DNA of 58,657 nucleotides, the filler included, from Sphacelaria rigidula (Eukaryota), in the NCBI GenBank assembly GCA_964200075.2. It is 7 parts of 7 records of this genome, joined end to end, with 100 filler letters (N's around TTAATTAATTAA, not from the genome) between each part and the next. Parts side by side here need not be neighbours in the genome. Positions count along the whole stretch, not along the records: positions 8,395 to 16,688 come from CAXNAA020011618.1; positions 16,789 to 25,082 come from CAXNAA020011619.1; 5 more parts are not named here. One strand, given 5' to 3'. The position numbers and the translations under genes are program-made. Position 1 is the first letter of the stretch, and every line of letters starts with the position of its first letter. Below the pieces are notes generated by a model. That model had not been told where the DNA came from. It ran no database searches and was given only the letters and a program-made list of their open reading frames with translations. Below, in pieces: positions 12,501 to 24,174 of this stretch.

Positions 12501-15500
12501 ACGAATGCTGCCGACGTCTCTCGTTATTGGTAGTGAAAAACGTTGGGAAAAAAAGAGCGCGTATTCGAGTTTGTTCATGTTCGAGGTTTGACACGTTTTC
12601 TTTTCTTATGAATGTGCAGAGTCGAGGTATGCGCTCATTCGATCGAAACACACGGAATTGTGGCGGCCGTAGAAATGAAAACAGTATAACCAATACCACA
12701 CCCGACCCGCTATGATCAACTGCCTCTTGCGCGATGACGAAGTATATTCGCAAGACAGCTGTATCACCGCATGCCGCCGCTGCTATGATGTCAATTTGCA
12801 CACTACCCGCTGCTGTACATCACGTGTCCACTGCTGTCCACTGGAAACTACCGTAGGTTACTTGAGATACCACACCCTCAGGAGCGATTTTCGAAGCTCG
12901 ATTACTTTCTCTCGACGAGATGGTTGTAACGCCGCCCACTTCAGCCCTGGCATCGCTTCTGAAGAGGAGTAAGTGAGCCTTGAAAATCTATCCAGGGGAT
13001 GTAGTATCTTATGCGACCTACAATAGTGAGTGAGGATGTCAGTGTGCCAGTGTACTGCCCGGTCTTTTACACTGTGGCCATACCAAAACAGCCGTGCCGT
13101 ATCGAATATCAATATCGGCGGTTGTGATTCGATATTCTAAGAATATCTATCGAACTTTTTTCTCGGTCCGATATGCAACCCGGTAAAGAACACAGTCGTA
13201 GGACAAATATTGTACGTGGAACGACAACGGATACCGTGGGCGTCCGCGACAACGCTGGTGATGGCAGCTCGTTCACGAGGGTCATCTAAGACTACGAGAA
13301 GGAAATGAAGGCGAACCGGGAAGCCGAGACACCAGTCGACCTGGCTGAAGATGAGGCGGAAGGGCGGAAGTCGGCCACTCATGCAGCGGCTAAGAAGACA
13401 TCTTCCAAATGGCCACCTAACGTCAAGCTTGTGTTCACGCGCGGGTGCACCACCGTTGGGTTGCCATTTTGTCGTTGTTCTCGTAGCAGCTGCATGAATA
13501 GCCGACCTCCGCCCTGCCGCCTCATCTTCAGCTAGGTCGAGAGGTGTCTCGGCTCCCCCGTCCGCCTCCACGCAGCTAGGATTACTGCGTAGTGCATGTT
13601 GCTGAAGATGGACGTGCTTGCTCAACGTATGCACATGCACACACACAGGCATCTACACACGTGAACTACAGACAGGTACCAGACTTGTGAACGACTAGCG
13701 GGCGCCGAGGCGCACTGCCTGTGTGCCCAAGGCTGTGTACTGTGCCGGGTTTGTACCCGGAGGCTGTGTTGACGATACTGCTGTCGCGTATTCAACGGTA
13801 CGGGGAGAGCACAGACAACTGGATGCACGCTCTTCCGCGCTGTACGGGTAGCACCGCACGGGTGGGCGCAGAGTACAAACGCAGAACAGCACGAACAATG
13901 TTTTCGTGATACTGAGGGTGGGTTCTATCTTTCACTTTAACTTGACCAATTTTTCATTCCATGTGCTTTTCTTTGCCTGTAACACTGGCGTGTGCTTACA
14001 GTTTCACGTCGATATCCTACTCAGGAATATCAAGGGCTTCAGTGGCAGGCTACTATGGAAAATGTTTCGGGCGTGGAGGAGGCGCACTTTGGAACCGAAA
14101 CTAATCCTTCATTTATTAACAGCTTTTCACTTTCAACCGTACTCTCTATTCTCAATCTTGCGAAAACAGTGTTCACGGCGCGACTTGTACCTCTTCAACT
14201 CACGACCCCGACCACGTGGCATTCGGAACATGAATTACTAAACCCTGAAAAGTTGGCCACGGGTAGACTACAACTCCATCTGCGGCCGCAGAAAAGCAGA
14301 ATTCCGTATTTTTGCGCAGAAAAACGGCCGCGGAAAAATCAGCAGGAAAACCGAAATATGGTGAAGCCGTTCGCTGTACCATCGTGAACCGCCGTTCTCA
14401 ACAGCCGTTCGCACCGTACGATGGCAGTCACACACCAATCGTGCTCCTTGTTGGGTTGGAGGTACTTACTTCACATTCAATAAGTATTCGAATCTCGTGC
14501 ACTCCTCGCGACTACCATTTCGGGTGTCACCTCAGAATAGTTAATTTCTGGCGTGATGACCTACTTAATCACTACGATCACCCGGGTACTGAAGAGTTTT
14601 GGGAAACGTTTTTTCCCGTCTTAGAGTCAGAGTGGAAGGAAATATAGCCCGTAGCGGTGCACATTCCACTCTGATTTTTTTTCAGAGCTATTTTTACAGC
14701 GTCAGAGTGTCGTTTGCACCTCTTGACTCTGAAAACCGTTGCTCCTCTTCAGAGCTCATAGTGGAACGAAAAAAACCACGCCCACCTTCACTACCATGGT
14801 CGCGGCCAGTCCGAAATCAATATACACCCTAAGAAGCAAAGTGGTACATCCATAACGAACCCATCACAACTGCCATGCTCGTCACAATGGGCTCTTCACG
14901 GAGTAGAAAAGCTTGGCATTGCAATCAGGAGACCTCCATTACGCCGCCATGAAATCAGTATTCGCTTCGTTGTGTTGCGTGAAAATTCAAATGCTCGGCG
15001 GGTACACGACGTTGCCTTGGGTTCAGTTCCCACTTTTGCCAGCTTCAGCTGGAAGAAAACGGTGGAAACGATTCGTAGCTTAGAGCGCACAAGCAGTACT
15101 ACACCTGGCTGCATTTCCATTCCGTTAGAGATCATGACGTCTCGCACCATCGTGATGGGTGGCATGTTGAAAAGTCGTCACAATGTAGCCTTATTTGAAA
15201 GCGCTGCGTACTCTTTGTATTGTACTACAGTACAACTGACTGCACGGTATCGCTGAAGTGCACCGTACCGCAATGTACTGTTACAGGGTTCTGCATCGCA
15301 CTCTCTGTACTGCACTGGCGGTACTCTACACTGCACAGCGCTATTTATGCAGCACTACAGTGCGCCGTGGTGGATTGAAGTACCGCAGGTGCAATGAAAC
15401 GTAGTGTACGGTACGTATGGTGCCGCAGGGAATGATACAGCCAATGATGTGCTGGCCTGCGCATTTTCGGACTGGACGCTGATCGATCGCATATTCGGCG

Positions 15501-15948
15501 GCACAACCTGCGGTCAATCACTGCGACAAGAAAAACTCCACGTCAAGCCACTTCACGTCAGCTTCCGCTATGAAATTTTTAGTGTCCACTCTGAAGTTTA
15601 AACGCTTCCACTCTGCACTCTGACTCCATGATGAAGAAAAAAAAATTCCGAAACTCTCCACTGTGTGTCCTTCGCCTTTCGTACTCTTCGCCAGCGGCGA
15701 AAGCGGCGGTAGTCTCTGAGAATGCCTCGAACATATTTCGCGGTGTGTGCCGTCTGGTTTAACAATGCGCTTGTGCGGATCCATCCCTTACCCACTATTA
15801 CTGTTTCGTTTCCTGGATGTTTTGTTGGATGCTCGACGCCTCGATATCAGGTGCGCCGGGTATGCGAAAGGCTGTAATGGGCTTCGGTGGAGGATGTGGA
15901 GTGGGATCGAGCTGGATACAGTGTAGCCAGGAGTTCGCAAAAAAATAG
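9576..15948 (+). CDS. MIC10: MICOS complex subunit MIC10 (MINOS1/DUF543), 77 aa; exons 9576-9599, 9920-10031, 15851-15948
   Basis: Spliced product MTESQQKD-VPAEMVISEKWDSCLERTVINFGIGVVAGGLAGVVLT-RAPGMRKAVMGFGGGCGVGSSWIQCSQEFAKK*. It has the KWDxCL motif, two Gly-rich TM segments with GxGxG, and a basic linker. Donors GTAAGT and GTGAGT, CAG acceptors, phases 0 and 1 are consistent. Confidence 0.92.
10679..11208. mobile_element. Tc1/mariner-type MITE (530 bp) in MIC10 intron 2
   Basis: TIRs CAGTAGTGGGCGGTCTAACT / AGTTAGACCACCCACTACTG (19/20), with TA on both sides (10677-78 and 11209-10). Confidence 0.85.
11855..13183. mobile_element. Non-autonomous hAT element (1329 bp) in MIC10 intron 2
   Basis: TIRs CAGGGTTGCACATCGGA / TCCGATATGCAACCCGG. 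8-bp TSD TAGAGAAC (11847-54) / TAAAGAAC (13184-91). Dense ATCGATA/CGATAT subterminal repeats at both ends. Confidence 0.85.
13305..13570. repeat. Long imperfect inverted repeat (arms about 118 bp, spacer about 30 nt)
   Basis: The left arm ATGAAGGCG..GAGACACCAGTCGACCTGGCTGAAGATGAGGCGG..CCACCTAACG aligns without gaps to the reverse complement of the right arm CGTTGGGTTGCC..CCGCCTCATCTTCAGCTAGGTCGAGAGGTGTCTC..CCTCCAC. Confidence 0.85.
13990..15180 (+). pseudogene. Possible decayed DNA-transposon (hAT-like) transposase relic
   Basis: Broken coding-like stretches (NFWRDDLLNHYDH, FWETFFPVLESEWKEI, VALGSVPTFASFSWKKTVETIRS) weakly resemble hAT RW and C-terminal dimerisation motifs. Many stops. Confidence 0.25.
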
Positions 15949-16288
15949 TCGTCGCTTGGTTGTACAAGTAGCACAAAAGAATTGAGCCTTGAAGCCGGGT
16001 GTTGTCTACTCTGTCGTGCATAGCGTTCGGTTTGCCCGCTTGCATGCAAGGGCTGGTGTTGTTCTCTCATCTTTTGGTGGATGTTTAAAGTTGGATCAAA
16101 CATGTTGGTATCGCTTTGGTGCAGGCGCTATGCCAGTGTGAATCTCGAGCGTAGGCATCCCGATTGGATTCCGCGTTCCGTAAGTTCTGTAGAATGAAAA
16201 TTAATTGTCGCCTTTTTGGCGAAGGTGTTTCATTTCGATCAGTCAAGGCGTGACGTAGTCTCGAAAAATGATATTCGCTGCCACTTTT

Positions 16289-16641
16289 GGGGGGACGAAG
16301 TACTCATTTGTTGCTTGCCTTGGTCGGTTGACCATCAACCACGCATCCCTTTCGAGACGGAGCACATTTCCTACTCGTAGTAAGAAACACCTGCAACATT
16401 CAGGTGCTCACTGCGCTTCTTCCATACATTACACAAGAACATTTTACAGATCTTATCCTCGTCCCGTTTCGCCGTATGTAGCCACTATACCTCCTGGTAT
16501 ACCCATCGTTTTTTCGCTACTGTCCAATGCATCAAACGCTTTTATGCCACCTTCGTTCACTTTCCGCATCCCCCCCTGTCGCACGTCCCGCTCCCCTCCT
16601 TGTATAGTTCACACTCTGCCACTACACGAGTTCTGCTCTCT
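16289..16641 (-). mobile_element. 5'-truncated non-LTR retrotransposon (LINE) ORF2 C-terminus with C-tail
   Basis: With frameshifts, the minus strand reads ESRTRVVAECELYKE..MRKVNEGGIKAFDALDSSEKTMGI..AKRDEDKICKMFLCNVWKKRSEHLNVAGVS..APSRKGCVVDGQPTKASNK*, followed by GTACTTCGT-C6. ESxxHxxxEC is the second half of the LINE C-terminal CCHC finger (His mutated here). Confidence 0.75.
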
Positions 16642-16788
16642 AAACAGTGTTTTCGTGAGATTGAGAGTAGATGATACGATTGAGAGTGNNNNNNNNNNNN
16701 NNNNNNNNNNNNNNNNNNNNNNNNNNNNNNNNTTAATTAATTAANNNNNNNNNNNNNNNNNNNNNNNNNNNNNNNNNNNNNNNNNNNN

Positions 16789-18263
16789 GATTTCGGACTG
16801 CTACACGCCTCTCATGTAAGCGTAACTGCTGCTAACAAGCCCAATAGTGAGATCGCAGCCGGTTTGTCGGATGGTCTCCGGTGCACTTTTTGTGGGGGGG
16901 CTATCTCGCACTAGTCATCAGTGCTAGTGCTTGGGCATACTAGTAGATGCTATCGTTTGAGACTGCTGAACATTTTAGCAGGGAGAATCTGGACAACTAG
17001 TGATTAGCTTCGGGCACAGCGCTTCACGGACGCGTGAGGAGGCTTCAAGCTGAGGTAGCTGAAAAGGCGGCTGGCCCGTGGTTGATCCAGACTGGAGACT
17101 TGCTGTAGCTGCGTACAGCGGGTGTTTATACGACCCCAGGGCTGTGTCGGAGCGTCGACGAAAGCAGGTGGGAATGTAAGTTTCACAAGGTTTGAAAAAT
17201 CTTTGATTCAGGCTCAAGAATGTCGACTATGGAGGTACCGGCAAGAGAGCCAGCAGAAACGACTGTAATCCCCGTTTTTCTAAGGAAAGAATTGCGGCCG
17301 CCCAGTTACGGGATCTTGTATTCTGCGGGTGCTTCTAGATCGTTTTACACGAAATACATGGACTACAAAGGGAGGGTGGAGCATGCGAATGCAGGGGGTG
17401 CGGTGAGGCATCAGGTGGTTTCGATGGAGCAATTAGTGCTTACACTCTCGCAGCGCGTCTTCGCGAGACGGTTCCATGAAAAGCATACCATAACGCCGCT
17501 GCAGTTGGCCGCCGCGATAAAGAAGCACGCAGGGCATGCGGCAGGCGCGGAGGTAGAGCTTACTCAGGCATCCGCGGCCGTGGCCAAGGCTGTCGCATTG
17601 AACCACAAGGGGAGGACCATACGTGAGAGGGTGGAGCCATAATGGGTAAGTTGGAAACGTATTGTGCGGGAAATCCCAACGTAGAGATGATTTATTGTTC
17701 GTCCGATAGAAAATTTTGCCCAGGTCCCGCTGCGGTGGTCACCAAGGCGATGGTAGAGGATCTGGCACCGGAGGAATCTAAGCAGACCGTGCTTGTACAG
17801 TTACAGCATGAAACAAATTGGAAGTTGGACCCGTATTTAGTCATGGACGCCGTGGTAGCTGAAGCTCAGGCATGGAGGCGGGTCGAAGTATTCGGGAAAT
17901 CATCCACTTCGTCGCCACAGTCTTCGAGCTCGCGTAACCGCAAATCAAAATCCGCAGGCAGTGCCGCCCCCGATTGTACTTGCTTTCAGTGTGGCCAGGT
18001 CGATCACATCGCACGGAAGACTGCTGCCAAGATAGCCCCCCCCCCGAACCGGCCAAAAACGTGCACGGAGGCGATGATCGTAATCGCCGTTAAAGCTGGT
18101 TTCGTTCTGCAAGACGCGACTCATCTAGGCGTTATAGTTGATTTCGGACTGCTACACGCCTCTCATGTGGGTGAAATCGCTGCAGACGAGCCCAATAGTG
18201 GGATCGCAGCCGGTTTGTCGGACGGTCTCCGGTGCATATTTTGTGGGGGGGGCTATCTCGGCA
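16789..18263 (+). mobile_element. Gag-only LTR retroelement relic in an intron of the phosphatase-like gene
   Basis: Direct repeats 16789-16910 and 18140-18263 both end in CA. Between them are a split gag-like ORF (17220-17642 and 17642 onward) and a truncated zinc knuckle CFQCGQVDHIARK. No pol motifs. Confidence 0.65.
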
Positions 18264-18686
18264 TTAGTCCAATCTAAGGCGCAAATAAAACAGTTCTTTG
18301 ATAGCCTTCTGCTTACGTCTAAGTAGTGCATATTATCCACAACAAAAAGTGACCTTGGAAAGTCTGTGCTTGCACATCAATCACCTCACGAGTATACTCT
18401 CTTCACGGGTACGGGTCCACGCCTCCTGCCCTGTTCAACTGTTTAAGGTTTTCATACTTCGTAAATAAGCCATAGTTTGGAGCAACTGCCACAAAATCAG
18501 CGCTTTGCGGGATGCAACAAAAGTATTTGTTCATGATAGGAATATCTCGTTCAATGTGAGGCACGTCATCATTTGTAAACGCTGTAGTTGGTTTCCATCT
18601 CGAAAATTCTAACTTGTTGCACAAAAGGTACGGTGTTACTTGATTATCTTGCTCACTGGGGCACATTGCCACCCGTGGTTCCTCAG

Positions 18687-21600
18687 ATAACAAGCTTTAT
18701 CGACGAGGCGCTTGAGAAGGGCGACAGCGTCTTGGTGCATTCTTTGGACGGCATGGGGAGATGCATAGCGTGCGTGACGGCCTATTTCATGTTCCGACAT
18801 CGTTGGGGATTCGAAAAATCGCTCGACTTTTTGTGCAGCAAAAGGCCAGACGCCGCTCCCATGCCGAGTTTCATCCAGCAGGTATCAACACCTCAGCAAA
18901 TTCCCCCCCGTTAGCTGTGAAGTTGCCACTAAAGATCTATCCGTGCCGACGCGGACGTTTGTGCCTGTTGTATGAATGTGTGTGTACAGGAGTACAAGTG
19001 CGGGAAAGTTGGTCGATAAACGGCTGAGAGCAGTCAAAACTCCTACCTCTTACAAACGAAGGACGACAACAAAGTCGTTCTGCTAGTCATGCTCATCATC
19101 TGTACAATACACACATACCTATGAGTGCACCAAAACCGCACAACTCGCGCGTCGCCTGCGTTTACGACGCCCGATTAATTTTGCCTTCCCTCCCTCATCC
19201 TCCGCACCATTGAAAAAAGAACAGCTCTATCACTTGGACTTGAGACTCTGCGCAAAGTGGTTCGGACCTGGAGTTGAACCTCCAGAAGAGGACCGAATTC
19301 GACACGACCAGTGGGTACCCTTATCGTCATCTTCCTTCCTCAAATCGGTGCAGCAACATCAGGAACCTCACGACGGTTGCAACGCACCAGCGCGGCGGGA
19401 TTCTGCTAGCTCCAGCAGCGGTGGCCGGAAAAGAAACGGAGACGCGGACAAAACAACAAGTATCGGTCGTCTACCCCCGGGTGGCGGGGACTTATCGCTG
19501 AGCGGCATCAGCGAGGTGCAAGAAGAGGAGTTGGTTCTCGTGCACTCTTTTCTGAATAGTCAACCCCAGATCAGTGCCCTTCCCGCCGGTAGAGTGGATT
19601 ACGAAGATCATGTCCCAAAAGAACTACACTGGATAGATCGACCGCGTATGGACAAGCTGGCTGCCGTCGGCCGCCTGAGCTCAGACAAACGAAAAGGTCA
19701 CCTGGTTCCGGTCTCGCCTGGCACCGGTCGCCCCGTGCCGGAACGTCCGGCCAACTCGTCGTACAACGCGATGACCCGGGAACCAAAACATTCACCGAAG
19801 AGGATATCTATGGTGGTTGGGATCCTGAAAAAAAGTGAAAGGAATACAAATCCGGGACACTCCTGTGACGACAAAAGTCACACGGAAACACAATCATCTG
19901 AATCTGCCAATTCGGGGTCACAGATTGACCCCTCACTCGCCGGAGAAAATGCGACAACAGATCCATCGGGAGGGGGAGGGCGGGAGGAGACAGGAGAGAA
20001 GCGTTCGAAGCAATCATGTGGTACAGGGAGGCGAAATCCGGCTGAACGAAAGATTTCGGATGAGGTTGTTGTAGAAGACTTGAGCGAGACACGATCTGAC
20101 CAACGCAGTCTTGCCCCAATTACCGACGGAGGCGAAGTCGCTAATAACCCGCAGCGCGAAGATGACGATTGGGGTGAGGATGAGGCGGCGAGGCTACACG
20201 AACAACAAACCGAAAAACAGTATTTGTCTCTCGAGCGCAATTCTGTCCCCCGTACAGACGATCTAATCGTCACCAGCCGCAATTCCAGACTCAGCGAACA
20301 TCCTCCTGAGGCACCAGTACATAGCACACAATCCCAGCACCAAAATGCAGGTGTACCCGAGACTGTCGGTGACGAACTACGGGAAGAACGAAGCAGTAAT
20401 TCAGGCCACACGCACAGCAAAGCGGAAGAACAGAAGCAAGCGACTGTTGTTGGTTGGGGGGTGGAGGCAGTGGCTGCGGCCCCCACAATGCGAGGGCGAG
20501 TGGGCTTGCGGCAAGGCGACCGGCAGGCCTGGGATGGGGGAGTAGGACGGGAAGCCGATGATGGAGTCACACACACCCACAATAGACGGTCAGGCGAGTA
20601 CCGTGATGGAGAAGGAGAAGCGAAGAACGTATTCAAGGGTGGAAACGATAGAAAGGAAAGTACTCACCACACGCCAACTGCGCCCTCGTCCAGTCGAGCC
20701 CTCGCCGGAACGGTAGCTCCGAGAACTCAAGCAGAGACAAAAACCTCTACAAAGGGTTCTGGAAGAGAACGGCAAAAACCGGGCGCGAGGGAAGTGGAAC
20801 ACAGAGATGTGTTCCTCAAGAGCGGAGAGAGACTCGGGAATGAACTAAGCAATGTAGGTGAGAGGGAGAGGGACAGTGCGAACGGCAACGTTGCTGGAAT
20901 TTCGGGTGAAGGGACGGTGAAGTTGGTGAAGCCGATGGCGAGGCGAGCAAGCAGCGAAGGTAGTCTCACCTTTTCCAGCGCAGAAGTGTTGAGTCATTTA
21001 CCGCAAGCACCAGAGGGGGGTAGAGCAATACACCCAACGAATTCTCCGGTCCGCACAAGCCCACCGGAAAGTGAGGTTTTAACCTCAGAGGACCGTCGGA
21101 GAGAAAATGCGTCAAAAAAACGACAGAGCAGAGCGGATAGGGAATCATCAGAGGACCTATATATGACAGGGAGTAATGGGGCTAGTCTGCAGCAGCTCGC
21201 ACAGACACCAAACCCGCAACAAAGGCGACTTCCGTCTCCACGACCTCAACAGGAGTTCCATCAGGTAGATGAGTTTGTGTCGCTACATTTAGGCTGCAGC
21301 GCTAATTTCAGTACCACGTTCTGCACTCCGCGGTCATCGTCGCCACATAGAGTTGCGTACTTCCCGAGAAAATCGATAAACCACCGCATCTACTTGAGTT
21401 TCTCATCTATGTAGTTGTTACGATAAACCTCGGCTGCAGGAAGTCAGTCTGGAAATGGCCGTTTTTGCCGTACCGGCTGGTTACTTGCCCAGGCAAAATA
21501 CCGCATAGTCCGTCTGTAAGTTGTGAATATCCAGCACGTGTCGAATCGCAAGAAGGGAATAAGCAAGGGCCCTGTGCTTCCATGATATGTTGGTGTAACA

Positions 21601-23600
21601 TGTGTGTAGTACTGTCTTCTCGATCTTTTCCAGTATCACATATCCCCGCCACCTAACGTCCTATTGACCCCCTGTCCTTGAAAGGGGGGATCCTGTCAAT
21701 ACTCGTCGGACGCAGGTCAGATATTCCCACCAAAAGCACGCCCTACCAGTGCTCCATCACAGCGCCCAGAGGATACCGAACACAGCAACGGCGCCACAGA
21801 CACCTGGGTTGGTAGGTCGACGACCGCGTCGAGCCCTGGAGCGCCCCCCCATGGTCTCATGCCCTCTGGCTCGGCGTTGCAATTGCATGACCACAATGAT
21901 CCCAGTCGGCGGGGTTTCCCGTCTGGGAGCGGGTTACGCCCTCAGCCGCTACAAATGCCGGTGGATCGTACAGCAGCGAGTGGCTGGAACGGAGGAAGAG
22001 GCAGCGGCGGTGCAGGCGGTGCGGGCGGTGGTCGCAGAGTGGCTCCAGTAGCATCCTCGCCGATGAGCGGAGGGTCTCACTCTTCTACGGAGTCACTGCG
22101 CCTTGCCCGAGTGTCATCAAACATGAGCCCTGCTGATGTCGAGATGCGTACTTCAGGCGGACATCCAGCCGGTAGGGAGCGGTCCAGCGGCGGCGGGCCA
22201 CTTCCACGAGAAATCCGTACCTCCCGATCAGGCGCTTCACGCTCGACAAACGGTTCACGTTCACGAGGAGGCGGACTTTTAAGCACACCTGCCAACGATA
22301 GAATCTCAGCAAGCGCCCGTTCAGACACAACGTCTTCGCGGTCTGCCCCCGGGAACTGGAGGGGGCTTAACAGCAGCAGCGGAGGTGTGCCGGCATACCA
22401 GATGCACAGCTTTGTCCGACCGACCACGGGCACCCTGCCTCGTCCTTCCAGACGAGCTTCCACAGATGGCGGAGGGGGGGCTGATACCGATCGGTGGGCA
22501 AATCCGGCGCCTCGGGGTCGACAAGGCCCGGTTGCGCTAGGTGGTGCGACGTCGTTCTCTTATGCAGGGGCTGCGAACGGTGGTGATCGCTCCGCCGGAG
22601 GTGGGAGAGGGGATGGGAGAGGGGATGGGGATAGAAAAGTATCGGGTATCTCAAGATCGAGTCAGAATCCGTCGGACACATACTCCCCTTCTTTGTCGTA
22701 CCGACCGCAGGAATCACAGCGCGGTGGCTCTAGATCAAGGACAGGTGGCGCCCCCCCCAGATATAGGGTTGGATCGCCGGCGCCAACACGCGGCAGGAAG
22801 AGCAGTACCACCGTTGCCACTGCCTCAGACGGTTCTACGTCAACGGGCTTCTTTCATCAGCACAAAAAGGCGAGTGCACGACATATGCAGGGTTTAGGAA
22901 CACCGTCGACATTTAGGGGTTACGGCACGTCGTCGAAGACAGGAGTCATGGGTGGTGGAGTCAGCGGCGGTGGTTCGTCGCGTAGAAACCCTCAACCCTC
23001 GCCAACGGTCAGGGATCGACGAGGGAATCGCCACGGGAGTTACGACAAAAATATCTACACACAAAAACCGTCGAATTTACGGAGAGCACATGACGCGCCT
23101 CTCGGGCAGAGGCCGTCAACCTCAGAAGGATTGCCCGGCGGCGGTGGTAGTGAAGGGATGGGCAGCGGGAGACGGGGCAGATCTCCCAGTCCTGCGCCAA
23201 GACCCTCATCGGGTGAGTATCGGGACGTCTTTTGTTTCAAACGGAAATATTTTTGGTAGCGAGGGAAAACTGTTGTAAGGGAAACCGCTTTCAGTCGGTG
23301 CTCGCTCGAAGGATTGACGAGTCGTGGTTTTTCCCGCTCGTTCTCCATCATACCAGTCGGTAAGGACGACCTGTGCCTGCGATAGTTCACAGGAACACCT
23401 GGACAGCTTAATCGCGTCAATAACTGCTAGCCTGCACTTGCCTCACAACTCGCTTTCAACTTGAAATCGCAGCATCTGGTCGACGGCGCTCCGCCAGCCT
23501 ATCACAGGCTGCTGACGGACCGGGGGCACCGTTCATTCGTGATACGCACAGAATGGGGATATCGATTGACGCCGGGAATGATAGGCCCCGTTGGAAGTAA
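18687..23600 (+). CDS. Dual-specificity phosphatase-like protein (pseudophosphatase) with long disordered C-terminus, 5'-partial; exons 18687-18881, 19225-21264, 21721-23212, 23473-23600
   Basis: ITSFIDEALEKGDSVLVHSLDGMGRCIACVTAYFMFRHRWGFEKSLDFLCSKRPDAAPMPSFIQQ-LYHLDLRL is a DSP core (AYxM, RP..P..FxxQL). AG/GT boundaries keep frame (phases 0, 0, 1) to a final ..NDRPRWK*, giving about 1284 aa. The acceptor at 21720 was chosen over 21715 for frame. Confidence 0.85.
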
Positions 23601-24174
23601 GCATAAAATTACTTGTACGTAGATAACTATAACTTTCTTTAGTTAAACAAATTTTGGATTGTACTAGGTAACAGGCATTCGGGGTACCAATGTGGTTCCC
23701 CCGGGTCCGTACTTTCAGTGTGGGGCAGAATGATGGCGTCGTCAGTTTGAAAACTAGAATTAATACACATATGAGAAGTTGGCGTAAGGAATACTTCACT
23801 TTGTTTTTTTCCCGTGCGTCGTCTTGAGGATATTCATGTCATAGGATCATCCATTTCAAGCCAACGGCGGTAGATAACAACCTTTTCACCATATTGGGAG
23901 TCTAGCATTTGATCGAGAGTGAGGTGTTTAATAGGAACACGTTGTGCTATGTATTCCACTATTGAGTGAAACGCTGACATGTCTGATAGTCAAGAGTAAT
24001 GGCGCCGATTCAACAGATCCCCTACCCTAGCTGCCAAAGGGGTTATACGAATGACATTGCGAAACACGTCTTAAGCATAGAACCGTTAGCTGTACTAGTA
24101 TTACTAGGGATACGTTTTATTGAATGGACTATACAAAAAGGGGAATGAGGACGTCAACCAGTTCCCCTCATTAA

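Noticed and set aside
17636..17646. TAATG stop-start translational coupling between two gag ORFs
   Set aside because: More simply explained by a single-base frameshift in a decaying gag.
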